Below are positions 24,201 to 36,664 of a stretch of 64,000 nucleotides of DNA, piece by piece. A program made the translations under genes and the position numbers. Origin of the DNA: Antedon mediterranea. Lineage: Eukaryota; Animalia; Echinodermata. The notes below the pieces were generated by a model. It worked only from the letters and a program-made list of their open reading frames with translations. It had not been told where the DNA came from and searched no databases. The stretch's first letter is position 1, and each line of letters starts with the position of its first letter. The stretch is taken from the NCBI RefSeq assembly GCF_964355755.1, contig NC_092675.1:4893812-4957811 (forward strand). The letters run 5' to 3'.

Positions 24201-26201
24201 ATGTTCAAAGCATATACAAAACTTGATTGTAGTGGTAAATGCTTCGTATCTCGAGTGGAAAACTCGCCAGCTCCCCATTTATAAACACGGACATCATATA
24301 TATTTTGTTCACATTAATACACTTTCTGGTATATTTGAAGCTACATGGATGTATATTATATATAAACTACACCATACATATCTAAGCTGCGGTACCATGC
24401 ATATTTAAGCTGCGGTACCATGCTGCTGCACCATGCATATTTAAGCTACCGCGCCATGCATTTTTAAGCTGCTGCACCATGCGTATTTAAGCTGCTGCAC
24501 CATGCGTATTTAAGCTGCTGCACCATGCATATTTAGGCTGTTCACCATGTATATTTAAGCTGCTGCATAAACTTGCCTTTCAACAAAGCTTGTGACGTTA
24601 CGTCACATTTGATGGTAATCGATCGTTCATTTCCAAACTTGTCCTTGATTTCGTCTTCCGTTTTTTTCAAATTGGCTTCGTTGATATCTAAAATAGCTAC
24701 TCCCTGAAAACAGTTAGTACCAAATATTCTGTGAATATTTATTACTTATCCACAACAATATTAAATACACGTACATAGGCCTACATCTATTATATAAATG
24801 TTATCTTTATGTTTTAAAATGTATATTTTATTATCAATCTGTAATTGGTGCATTGCAATGTTGGTTGTAAGAATAAAGAATTAATTAATGCCTAAATCGG
24901 ATTTTTTTCCCTCTGTTTGTAGTGCTTTCTGTCTATGTTTAGACATGTTAGAAAATATGAAAGATTAGCTGTACCTGTAGCCGTGAATTGTGCCTTTCCT
25001 TTATATATATACCGGTAATTTTATAAATTATTCATTGATAATTAAATACCTCATATACCATAATTATTATTTCATATTTTCACTTTTAAGGTCTATGTAG
25101 AACATAGAACAAGCAATCTGAAAATGTTATTATTATGTAAAGAGGCCTGCAAAATATATTAATGACTATTTAATTACAATTCAACTACTTGTATACCGTA
25201 TGGTTAGCCGGTTAGTTGATGTGAAAAGAATTCATTATCATGTTTAGCATACGGTTAAGTACTTTAACCACATTTTCAATGTTTAAAATACAGGATATTA
25301 CCGCATACATTGCTGAATAGCAATATTAAAATACTCGTAGACCCTGCTGCACAGAATGGCGTACCGTACTACAGTATAATGCTTGGTTTATAGCATGGAG
25401 TAAACGTTTATAGACAATCGTTTGTTTATTTTGTTTCAACCTTGAATCAGGAATCATTAAGAATTGTTTCAGTTTGTCAGTAAGCAATACCTGTAGGGGC
25501 TTACTTATACAATCTTACCATTTCATTTAAAAGATATTATTTTATTGTCTACATAGCAAAGATTTGACATCAATAATGTAAAAACAATGTGAAACTATCA
25601 ATTAATAAATTCATATTTTGCATTTTCAAGTTCCATTCAGATTATAGGCGCGGCATCCTGACCATTATTGTATTGCAAGTTCATATAAAGATACGGTTAT
25701 TAAACCTGAATTTAATGGTTAGTAGCGGAACAAATAAGAGAATTAAATAAAGGAGGACTGGAAATAAAACTCTATACAATACGGAACATTAAAAGTGTAA
25801 CAAAAGAACGCAATGCCTGAACAAGAGTGTCGAGATTGAAATATAAAATGCAATTAAAACAGTAAAATGGCGTGCCCAATGTTAAGGTTGGTTCACACAA
25901 GACGCAACGCAATGACGTGTAGATAGCTAAATGCAAGCGATAGTTTAAATCCATCGCAATTGTGATTGTTCAAATCACTCGCGTTGCGCTTCTTATGTCC
26001 TTGCGTTGCGTCTCTAGGGGGACCCAAGCATTAAAAAATGTTATGATGTCATAACTACGCACGTAGTAGTGCTGAGATAATGACGTAATCACCTCATTGA
26101 TTATTTACCTTAGCCTGTTCCTCTAACAGTTTGAAAACGATAGCTTTTCCAATGCCATCGGCACCTCCTGTAACAAGCGCTATCTTCCCAGATACTGCCA
26201 T
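21210..26201 (-). CDS. HPGD: 15-hydroxyprostaglandin dehydrogenase-like SDR (254 aa, 7 exons)
   Basis: Exons 26201-26109 (MAVSGKIALVTGGADGIGKAI), 24703-24577 (GVAILDINE...KCDVT), 24163-24057 (LDIVCNNAGIVNE), 23735-23639 (GGNGGTVVNMSSVA), 23450-23374 (YTATKHG), 21598-21447 (VLCPSLVAT) and 21321-21210. TGxxxGIG, NNAG and YxxxK motifs are present. Exon sizes 93/127/107/97/77 resemble those I recall for vertebrate HPGD. Confidence 0.9.
21721..23197. mobile_element. Foldback/TU-type element with minisatellite-built inverted arms, in HPGD-like intron 5
   Basis: Left arm (ggacaactacccccta)n 21721-21975 and right arm (tagggggtagttgtcc)n ~22885-23197. Non-repetitive inner inverted domain ~21975-22092 pairs with ~22286-22390. 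8-bp TSD tttgtata at 21713-21720 and 23198-23205. Confidence 0.85.
23775..23929. mobile_element. Harbinger-type MITE, family B
   Basis: Imperfect TIR ggcttggttcccactagagacgcaacgcaag / cttgcgttgtgtcctaatgggaaccacgct with TTA-like flanks. Related copies at ~25884-26032 and ~37426-37571. Confidence 0.7.
24374..24568. repeat. 23-bp minisatellite (~8 copies) next to the GC splice donor
   Basis: Unit gcatatttaagctgctgcaccat with variants. Confidence 0.9.
25884..26032. mobile_element. Harbinger-type MITE, family B (inverted relative to the 23775 copy)
   Basis: aggttggttcacacaagacgcaacgcaa...ccttgcgttgcgtctctagggggacccaagc. Confidence 0.65.
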
Positions 26202-26796
26202 GCCTGTTTAGAAAAAACGAAGTTAATAGAATATAGGTGTGTACTGAATCTAATGATTAATCTGAATAAACGAGTGACATACCTTTAAAACAACCGACCC
26301 ACTGATTCACAGGTGTGATTGGCATGTTCCATTTTCCTAATGGGGTTAACACAATTCAGTATAATATAGGCCTATAACTAGTGAAATTGCAAATATTCTG
26401 AGCATTGAGTAAGCCTATGTGTTTAGGACTATAATTGTACAAAAAAAATGTCAACGTGGTTCGTGAGTATACACACAAATATACGCATATATCCATCATA
26501 CTTTCAGGCCTACATAAAACAAATTCAGACCCGCTCAGTAGAAAATTTGGTATAGGAACTTTTACACAAAGGACGCCCTCTATTATTTCAATTATAAAAG
26601 TTATAACTTTCTACGTTTACTCAGAAGTTCCAAAAATCAGATTCATATTGTGGATTACGTAGCCATACATCCATGTTTTAACGCTGGACGAGAACATGAT
26701 GAATTGGTCATTTGATTGGATAATATTCCGAACCTTCAAAAAGAGACAATTACTTTATCTGTAATAAGCATCATCAAACTTAAAAAAGCAACAACA

Positions 26797-29700
26797 ATGA
26801 GGTGGTTTCGAGTACTATGTACATTACTTCTTGTACAGCATTGCAATGCCAATGGTTATGGAGGTACGATTGAAGGTTCTGGAGTGTGCGGATGGTGAGT
26901 AACGTGCAAACTTACGTTCGTTGCACTATGCTATTGTAATATAAAGTTGATAGTTAATGTATTGATTTAACCTTTTTGATGCAAAGTAAGGCTGCACCAA
27001 TTTAAATCGATGCATTATTAGTTTATTTTGGCATCTGAACAATTACGATATCTACAAAAAACCCTTACTACAATTGATTAATCTCAAAGTTGATTGGTGT
27101 CCATTGTTGCAAGCAATTGCTAAAATCTACCTCATAAATTGTATTTGCTTTTGTTAATCTTTTCTCTGATTTTGTCATATTAAGTTCAGTATTGTTCTTG
27201 TTCTTATGAAGCTTGCTTTTAAAAGATGAAATAGTAAAAATAAATATTGTTGGGTCAAAACACACGTCACTGTCCCACAATACAACGGCTCGGTTCCTGT
27301 TAACAAAAGTTCCTGTTGGTATACCTACTATTAAACCTTGTTACAATTTTTAAATAAAAGTATAAATATAGCATTAACAATGGTCAAAGATTTAGAAAAT
27401 TAAATATATTTGCATATTATACACATGTTATTCATTACGATGAAAATTAAATTAGTGAAAATTAGTATAATTAAAAGAGGAAATGAATTGCGCATCATAC
27501 ATTTATTTTATTCTTGCATAACCTTCTTTTCGTTCGTAATTTACAACATGCCAACTATGAAATTAGGTAAAACTAAAATGATTTAAAAGTAAACATTAAT
27601 GTGGAATTAGCCTAAAGTTTTCGGTCTACTCTTCAAGAGATATTATTTCGACAGGAAATATTGCTTTTAAGAGGCCATGAGTAATAGGACATGAGGTAAT
27701 ATCCCCAGATCTCCAATGTATTTTATTATTGAATATGGAAACGCACCAGAGCAATAATAGGATAATAACATAATTCGGCCCAAAACAACTCTTAATCATG
27801 CTCGACGCGACCGATTTAATGATGTGCATGTTACGTTGATAAAAGCTGGATTATAAGTAACATTCAAATGTGTTCCATGACTTTTACAGTACAGCATTAT
27901 GTTTCAACTAAACTACCGCACAAAAAAGTACCGCGAGGTACGTATTCTTGGTATTGCATATTTCACTACGGTGTGTGGTGCTTATTTCGTCAGCCAACAC
28001 TTCATTTATAATAATAAGCGATTGATTGAAACATAACAGTGACATTTGTGCAAGCAAGCGTTTTTTTTCGAACGCTAACTATTGATTATTACAGTTTTAT
28101 GTGTACGTCAACTTAGTGTTCGTGTCATATTATTAGGTGTGGTGTAGAAAAGCTCAAAATGTTACTAAAAGATATCATGTTCATAGATTAACTTTACTTT
28201 TCTGAAATCAACTATAGTGTTTTATAGGGCTTTATGACCGTTGCATTTAAGTCCGATATTTATTCAATATTAGATCATTTACGGTATAACCTATTAATTC
28301 TATGGGAATCGTTGATTACGCTACCAATTCAGCTTAAACCATGGTAGACCCATGATAAGATGAATCAGTAACTATTCTTAATTTAAAAGTAAATGTAAAA
28401 ATAAAACTTGGTCCCGCCGGGATCAGAACCCAAGTCCTTCATCAATATGACGGATGCCATACCGACTGAGCAATAAACCCAATATTACTCCCTAGGTAAT
28501 CTCTATTAGTTTATAATTACTTATACTTATGTTTATATATTTAAAATATCTGCCTTTACAACGATTACACACATGCCTGATTAGAATACAGTTTTTTTCT
28601 TCATAAACTTAAAAAATGGAATAAATACTGTTATTAATAAAACTCACGATATCAAGTATTCTTGAATACAACTAACTACTTTAAATGTTATAAAATCGCT
28701 AAATTGCATTTGACACTATGGGATTATATCGATATGTGTTTCGCCTAAAATTTACTATAATTTTCGTTCTCAAATAGGCATAAGAAAAGGTATAACAACA
28801 GTTAATTCTATAATGATATCAGAGAAAAACTGTCCAGCGACGTAATCCTAAAGAAATAGATAATTACGTGTATTAAGTACAAAATCTGCGTAAAATAAAT
28901 CAAATATAACGTCTAAGTAAGTACCTCACCACTTGAATGGCTAGTGTTGCCCGAAAGCTCTACTAGCTTTTCTGGCTGTTTTACTTTATCGTTTTGATTT
29001 AGCTTTTCGATTTTTTTGTTTGTATCTCCATTGAGATCCAGCCTGATACCCACAGCATTGCCATTTTTCAGTAATTTGCCTTTGGAATCAAATCACGATC
29101 CCACCAGAGACATTTTTTCATACAACTAAAAAATACGGAACTTTCGCAAATGAGTTATGCTCGACGCGATTATGAGATCATGTTCAGAATATGAGCACTG
29201 TTTCTATAATTTGACAGTATGATTTATATACAGTATATATATATATATATTTATTTCTATCCTGATAATAATTAGAGTATAATAATAATAATTGCTCCTA
29301 CATTTTTATTCAAATCCTATTTAAATTTGTAAGTTCTTCAAATGTGATTATTTAAAATAAAAAAACGTAGTAAGTGATAAATCGTTTCAAAATAACGCAA
29401 CAATATGTTTTAATATACATTTTAGTGGATTCACATGTGAAGCTTTTCGTGGTAGCGGTGCAACCACGTGCTACATAATGTATCAGAAGGAGGACGGCAT
29501 GTGGCATCAGGAGGAACATTCACTCATCCACGAAGGGTTCTTAGACCAGAGAGAATGCAACACTGGTAGGTAACGGTTAGGCCTATATATTCTATTTTTA
29601 AAAACGTTATTTATTTATGACAATTCGGAGACACGTCTCTCGGGGAAGCCAGATAGTCACATAGTCGTTAAGTGTCTAATTAGGCGCCCCCCTTAAATTC

Positions 29701-32700
29701 GGTATCTTGAATTAATACAGAAAAACAGTAAAAGAAAAAGAAATCAAATCAGTAAATGTGCTTAAAATAATTCGAAAGGTTGATTTTAAATGATAAAATG
29801 GTTTGTGAATCATACAGATTGAGGTAATTTGCTCCGAAGTGAAATAACAGAGGGATAGTATGATGATTTAAATGCGGCCTTTGTGCGAGAAAACGGAATA
29901 AAAAATGTTTCCGGGTGATGGAAACGTACATATATATTCTGATAAAACTAATAATTAGGAAGCTTTCGATTTGCGACGATCTTAAGAGCTTGTTCACATT
30001 AGGCCTATATGTTAATTCATTTGCGCATACATAATAGGATGCTTCCCTTACTTGATCCCTTGAAACAGTTTCCAACTAATGTCTGGTTAATGATCATTGC
30101 GTATGCTTCATTTTTTTCAACAAGGCACCCACTGTGTACGGAGAATGATGGTGTTAGAAAAAGATACGTGCAAATAGTTATTCCATTTTATTGTAGACCT
30201 ATGGTTTGAAGCCTTTTGGACCGAGAATACGATGTTACTGTTATGTTTATCTAATGCTTGCGTACATTAGTTATTCATCCAGGGCAGGCTGGTGGCTGTG
30301 CTATTTTTAGAAATGAGTAAGAATATAAAACGGATTGGTCATAGGCCTAACAGCCAAAACACGACAATTCCGAAGTAAAATTGTACTATAAATCATCGAC
30401 AAGTTTATACTTCGAAGTTGACGATATTCTAGAGTAAATTATAATAAAACTATTGCCATTTCTCGATAAAAACATTATAAAATGCCCTCCAAAATATCCG
30501 ATGTTATTTAGACAACAGTTAGAAAAGATTTTTCGTATTTTAGTGATAAAATTAGAAAACGATAAATACTGTTATATCAACGTCAATGTGTCATGTCAAG
30601 TAACATAGCAGTCAATGCATTAGCTGTTACAATGTGAAACGTAGTTATAACTATGTGAAAGTTATAAGGTGAAACAATTTACAATTATTGTATTATCTGT
30701 ATCAAGTAAAACGTTATATTTTTAATTCTAAATCAAAGCTTATAAGAATACAAACTCTAATTCGGAGCATGCGCAGAGTAATTTCAATCACTTGAGTATA
30801 TTTTCAATACACATTACATGTTGAAAAACACGTGACACATCTAGAGACTAAAGTGACTTAGTAAACGATAATTCTCGGTTCCTGCAATGCTTTCAAATTA
30901 CTCAATGGATAGAAAAAGTAACATCTTTATTTGTTAGTTTTTTTTCTATTCGAAAATAAATCCCTTTTTGTGTTCGGTCAGTGCTAATTTTTGAAGTTAA
31001 AATAAAGCGATCTGTGTAAATAAATGCATACAAATGATAGAATGTCATTAATATAAATGTACCAATGCTATTGTATTTATTTGTGTTTTATTTAGGATTC
31101 CGTCCACACTGCTATATGTTTATTGCATACCCATCCTACTTACAATTGTCATGTGTTGATTCACATAATCTATGTCGACGTGCAAGCGGAGGTATCGCCA
31201 AGATCGACATGAACCACGAACTTTATGACTTCTCCAGTATCTTAGCAAGTAATCTTGTTACTGATTACCAAATAAAGTATTCTTACAAAACCATAGCTGG
31301 TGATCTATGGTACTATAACTCAGTCATACAGAACAAGTGCATGGATGTGCAGTCCTTAAATGTATATGGTGGTAGTGATGTACAGGCATCTAATTGTAGA
31401 GGGACATTCAAACCAGTGAATTCAATCTTGTGTGAAAACGCACGTAAGTATCATGACGAACACAAGCTATGGACGACGGCGCTGTTTCGTTAACTAATGA
31501 AAAAGCAGGGAAGATTGAAATGGTAATTTCAGTCTTCCATGAATGTATGATATACAAATATGTTTGGTTTCCTTGCCATTCATCAATATTACAAAAATAA
31601 ACATTTTTTACCTGCAATTTATTAATTATTATTATCAATAAGATAATTGATTTTAGCCTAACGGTATACACTTATTAAGAAAACTAACAAACAGGTGTAT
31701 TCTAAAAATAGCTACTACATTTGGTAAGGAAACAGTAATATGTAGCATTCAAAGTTACGATGTATTAATGTAATTAAACATTTTGAATCTGTGAAGGTGT
31801 CAAAACTACATTCATGTATTAAATGGCCTTGTAAAAACAAAAACAAAAACGGAAACTCCTATTTTTTGGTCAAATTAGAAATTTGAACTTGACTTCCACA
31901 AATTGTTTCACTTTGAAAAAAAATACAGGTCAGTTATTTAGACCCATGTGATATTGATTTCCAGGTCCATTTATATTCTTTCGTTATTAATTCAATTAGG
32001 TAAAAGTAGTTTGCTACATAACATTGTACAAAGATCAATTACATAGTTTATAGTAATTAAAACAACACTTGCCATTAATTAATTTACCATTTTGCGATAT
32101 CATTGTGATAATGTAATTTTAAACTGGAATATTTAAAAGTGTATCATAATGGTTATAGCTGATTTAAAGGCCATATAGGTAATATAACTTGAATATTACA
32201 TTTCTGCTATTTTTATTCAACTTCAGATTTTTATTTTCATGATATAGCAAAAATTATCCACCATATATCCACCATATTTTTTCACCTTCTAGGGAGTTAC
32301 AAGACATGTTATTACATTAGGTTAAACTACCTAACTACTGAAAAAACGTCTTCCTGGCTTTTATGGCCGAATTTTGCCAAATTTTGTATTTGACCATATT
32401 AAGGAAAATTCGTCATGATTTCTGTTACAAATATTTGATTTATGTATAATTAACCAGATATTATATTTAAAATTCATGCCTGTACCTGAGCTTTAAGGCC
32501 TAACAAACAAAAAAAGATTATTGTGGTAGGTCCTGAATTGTGGATATAATTATAATATTAGATATGTATATGTTACTATTTCTACATTTCAGCTTTACCA
32601 ATAAATTCATATTGTGCTCCACTGACAGCAAAGCCAACAAAGAAGCCCCGATCTCCTACAACAGTCGTACGAAAAGTAACCCAAGCAATGCCAAAAAGAA

Positions 32701-35700
32701 CACCAAGTAGCCCCAATGCACCAACAGCAAATGTGTTTAACAGACCAAACGTCGGTCCAGGCCTGACTCCACCGCCAACTTGGTGGCCTCAAGACGTTAC
32801 CACGAAAAATGCAGTAACAAAATCAAAATTTAAAAAGAAGAAAATGGTAGTGAATCATCAAGAACCTCACAACAAAAAGAAAAAGAAGGGTAATGTAACA
32901 CATATAGTCACTGGTATATTTTTCGTTGGTACAATAGTTATGGTTGGATTCGCTTTACTGATTGGTTGTTTCTTCAGAAGACGACATGATAATCGAACAG
33001 ACATTTTTAAGTGGTGAGTATTTAGAACACCAGAGAGTTATTTAAATAATTAATGTTTTGTAACTATATTAAACTACTGTGGAGTAGCTTTGCGTCAGGA
33101 AATTGACGATTTTCATACCTCTAGACCACCGAGGTATGAACGCCTGTCTAGTGATCTGGAGGTCGTGAGTTCGAGTCTCACCCGAGAATTACTTACGAAT
33201 TCGCAATTATTCTCAAATGTACTTAGTATGAAGTACAAATTACGTCAGAGTAGGGCAAAACATCTGACCAATTAATGTTTTGTTTTCTTTACTTAGATAT
33301 GTTTGTATGATTGTATAAGCCGATGATTCTTATTTTTGTCAAAATAATATTTAAATAAAGGTAGTGTGTCAGATAGGGCGACCTATAAAGTGTCAAAATC
33401 ATGGTATATGTCAAAAGGGCACGGAGGAATTAACAGCTTAATTTCAAGTTTAAAAATTAAGTTTTCTTTTGAAATTGTTCGGCGTTTTAAATTATTAACT
33501 ATTAAATTACGATCTACTTCGAGTTTTACAGTTTTCACTGTCTTTTGAAATATAATAATAATAATTCAAGTGAATCAAACTCATTTGTATAATTTGCATT
33601 ATGGCTAAAAGTTGACATTCGAATTGTATTCCCACCTTTTACAATAGTTGCATTAGATCTGTATGCTGAGGTCAGCTATTTTTTTTACCTTCTTTCATAA
33701 ACAAACATTTGTTTACACATGTTATCTATAAGAGCATAATTCTAAAAGAAGGCTTAATTGCAACATTGTTTGAAGTCATTTTGCGTCCCTGGAAAAACAT
33801 ATTACTATACGTATTATGCTTTTATATTAATTACGGTTATTAATAGAAAACAGCTCATTCGTTGAGTTAATATATTATAATAATGATTAATAGTTTGGGA
33901 ATAGTGTCAATAAACAGTTATAAACTAGACCCACTAAATATGACCTTTGTTAATGCCCCAATGCCCCATAAATGTTCCTTTACTCACGCACTCTTACAAA
34001 CTTAGTTGTTTGTTGACGTCAATCTTTCGGATGTAGGCTATAGACTGCTCTTCTTGTAGTAGTTGGCGTTTCATAGTATTGTGTCAATGCGTGCCTGTCT
34101 CCAAACACGTTATTTCCCGTGATGACGTATAACAATTTTATTCTATTTGGCAGTATTGCCAAGTACCTTGTTTTGTACTATTTGAATATAATATAACCCA
34201 GAAGGATGTGACCGCCAAATGTGTGTGTAAAGGAAACTGGGGGCTTAGCTTTTGTATTCGATTGCGTATTAGTTAAAAAAAGTTTGCTTTAACCTTCCTA
34301 TTCCTAGTTTCATTAATTATTGTTTGATGTTTATAAAGCATTATGAAGTAAAAATACTAAAAACCGTCCCAGTAGAATAGATGATTTAACTGCATCACCA
34401 CATTCGTTATAATTTCCAAGTGGTTGGTACATGTTTGCACATTGACGTCTGCAATTTCCATGTTATCGTACAGATTTTTTGTTCGCAAATATACACCTAC
34501 CAGGTCTACTAATTTTCAGAAAAATCGACATATGGTGACGCTTATCAAAATATCGAGCTATCTTTATCACTATGGACCGGAATTGTCAGAGTAACTACAA
34601 AGGCAAATTCAAACAGACGAGCGGTAACGGTAAGCGGAAAACCATGTAGCTTGTTCCACGTAGAATCTTTATTTATCTTGAGCGTTGTGTAAATGGTCAT
34701 TAGGAATAACATTTTCTATGTTTTAATTGCTTCAATAGATATACAGATTATTATGTGGAACAAGCTACGCGGTTTTCCGCTTACTGCTATCGCTTGTCTG
34801 TGTGAACTGGCTATTATAGGCACTATACGGTACTCTACATTGGGCTAGTGTTTTTTATTGGTTTCCTAACATTGGGATAGTTGGTAGACATAATTCATCA
34901 ATTTTGTTTTAAATACGAATACACTTGTTAAGTTTCCTTTAATTACCAAGTCTCCTTTTAATTCCAAAAAAATTAAATTGTTTATTTGCTTGACTGTATA
35001 CTACAATGAACACGTTTATTTATAAAATATATAGAAATATTTTATTAATGTTAGCTAGCTTTTTTTAGTGACTTTTCTTTCGTTGATGGTTTTTAGTCGC
35101 GTGCAACGCGACTCTACAGCACACTCTATCGGTCGGTTGGTCGGTCGGTCGGATGGTCGGTCGGTAAACACTAATTCAAATTTGAGCACGCGGCTGCAGC
35201 CATGTATATCGCCTTGTTTCTGTTGTTGCCTTTTTTGTATTATAAAAGTTTGAAAGTTAAAAATAAAGCCTCATTTTAATTAACACGAAATAATTAAAAA
35301 ACTTCTAAAAATGATATAACCACATCACATCGTATTTGTAATCAAACATGTAATAATAATGTTAGACTATTTTACAGGTCAAACGCATCGGAGCTTGCAG
35401 ACAGAACCCAGGAATACGAAGAGGTCGATGCTAGGAATGCTGTAAGTGATCATGTAGACGGATATTCAGTTATAAATACAAAAAGATACCAAAACACACG
35501 AATTGATTCAGTCAGTCAGAAACTTAGTCAGGAGGATTGTAGGCGATACAGGTTATCAAAAGCAATGAGCACTGATGTAAAATACGGTGACGATTTAAAA
35601 GAGTTACACTATCAGCAAGATATAATGAAAGCTCAGAATGCGTCGCCTGGCCGCCTACACAAAACACGCGTGCGCAGTTATGACGTAGACCGAACGAGCA

Positions 35701-35942
35701 GTGGAATATCAGTCTGTGGTTCTTCGAGATCATCTGCTCTGTATGAAATCCGTGGTTTGGAATATGATTACGCCTATACAAGCAATAACCATGTATTTAG
35801 AAGTCCTTTTAATCAACAATACATTGGAAACGTCCAAGAACCGTCATATGATTATGCGTACGCGACATCGAAATGGGTGAAGAAAACGAAGAAAAATAGA
35901 CCAAGAAAAAAACGAGTCCACCATTTACATGGTGATATATGA
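26797..35942 (+). CDS. Receptor R1: type I membrane protein with C-type-lectin-like domain, mucin stalk and Tyr-motif tail (~523 aa)
   Basis: Exons 26797-26894 (signal peptide MRWFRVLCTLLLVQHCNA), 29426-29565 (CGFTCEAF...TCYI...REC), 31096-31443 (HCYMF...LCRRASGGIAKI...E...C...C...ILCE), 32593-33013 (P/T-rich stalk, TM IVTGIFFVGTIVMVGFALLIGCFF-RRR) and 35378-35942 (YEEV, YSVI, YQN, YDYAY twice). All GT-AG, and phases 2/1/1/2 join in frame. Confidence 0.8.
28409..28480 (-). repeat. Degenerate tRNA-derived sequence
   Basis: Minus strand reads ttgctcagtcggta (A-box-like)...gggttctgatccc (B-box-like). The stems are broken. Confidence 0.4.
34601..34813. mobile_element. Palindromic MITE (Harbinger-like) in the last R1 intron
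   Basis: Long imperfect IR gtaagcggaaaaccatgtagcttgttccac / gtggaacaagctacgcggttttccgcttac extending to both ends. Confidence 0.7.
35090..35219 (+). mobile_element. Mini-HINE (DINE-1-like)
   Basis: ttttagtcgcgtgcaacgcgact 5' palindrome, (gtcg)n microsatellite, subTIR cacgcggct, 3' gccatgtatatcgccttgtt. Confidence 0.7.
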
Positions 35943-36664
35943 CGTTGATGACTTTTACCTGCATTATTGATACTATTCCGTTATTCCGTTCAACTGCAAA
36001 AATGTTTAATATAAATCTTAAAGGAGTGCATGGATTTTAGATCAAAATGGTGCTTAGGTGTTACATATACTTTTGATTGAATAAATTGTAATGTTAAGAA
36101 AATATATATTATATTTTTTTTACAATTTGAGTAGGACACAAATTATTATTATTCTTTTTAAAAAATTATTATTTCATCCATTTCCAAAAACACGATAAAT
36201 AGGTCACCAGCTGTGGCAACAATGCAAAAAAGGGTTCAAAATGTATCATTAAAACTTTTAACGGAAAGTTGAACATGTTATATCATTACTTCTGGTGTCC
36301 TCAATACTAATTATTATTACTATATATGAAGAAAGAACGAGGCTCAGTAAATTGTTTTAACGAATGTTCAACTTTAACAGACAACAAAATAAACATTAAT
36401 ATTGAATGAATACATTTAAAGGATAAATAAATAACGTAAATAAATATTTTATGAAGAAATTGTATTTTGATTATTTTAGCAGTGAACTTAGATTAAGAAC
36501 AATAAATAACTTATGTGCATTTGCGTCAACAACACGCAGTACCTTTCTGCTGGTCGTCACTCTATTCAAACCTGTCAAATGTATATGTGCACGGAGAACA
36601 ACATTTAATTATATACAGTATCTTTAATTTCATTTTCTGGTTTTGGTTCTGATATATTATAAAT

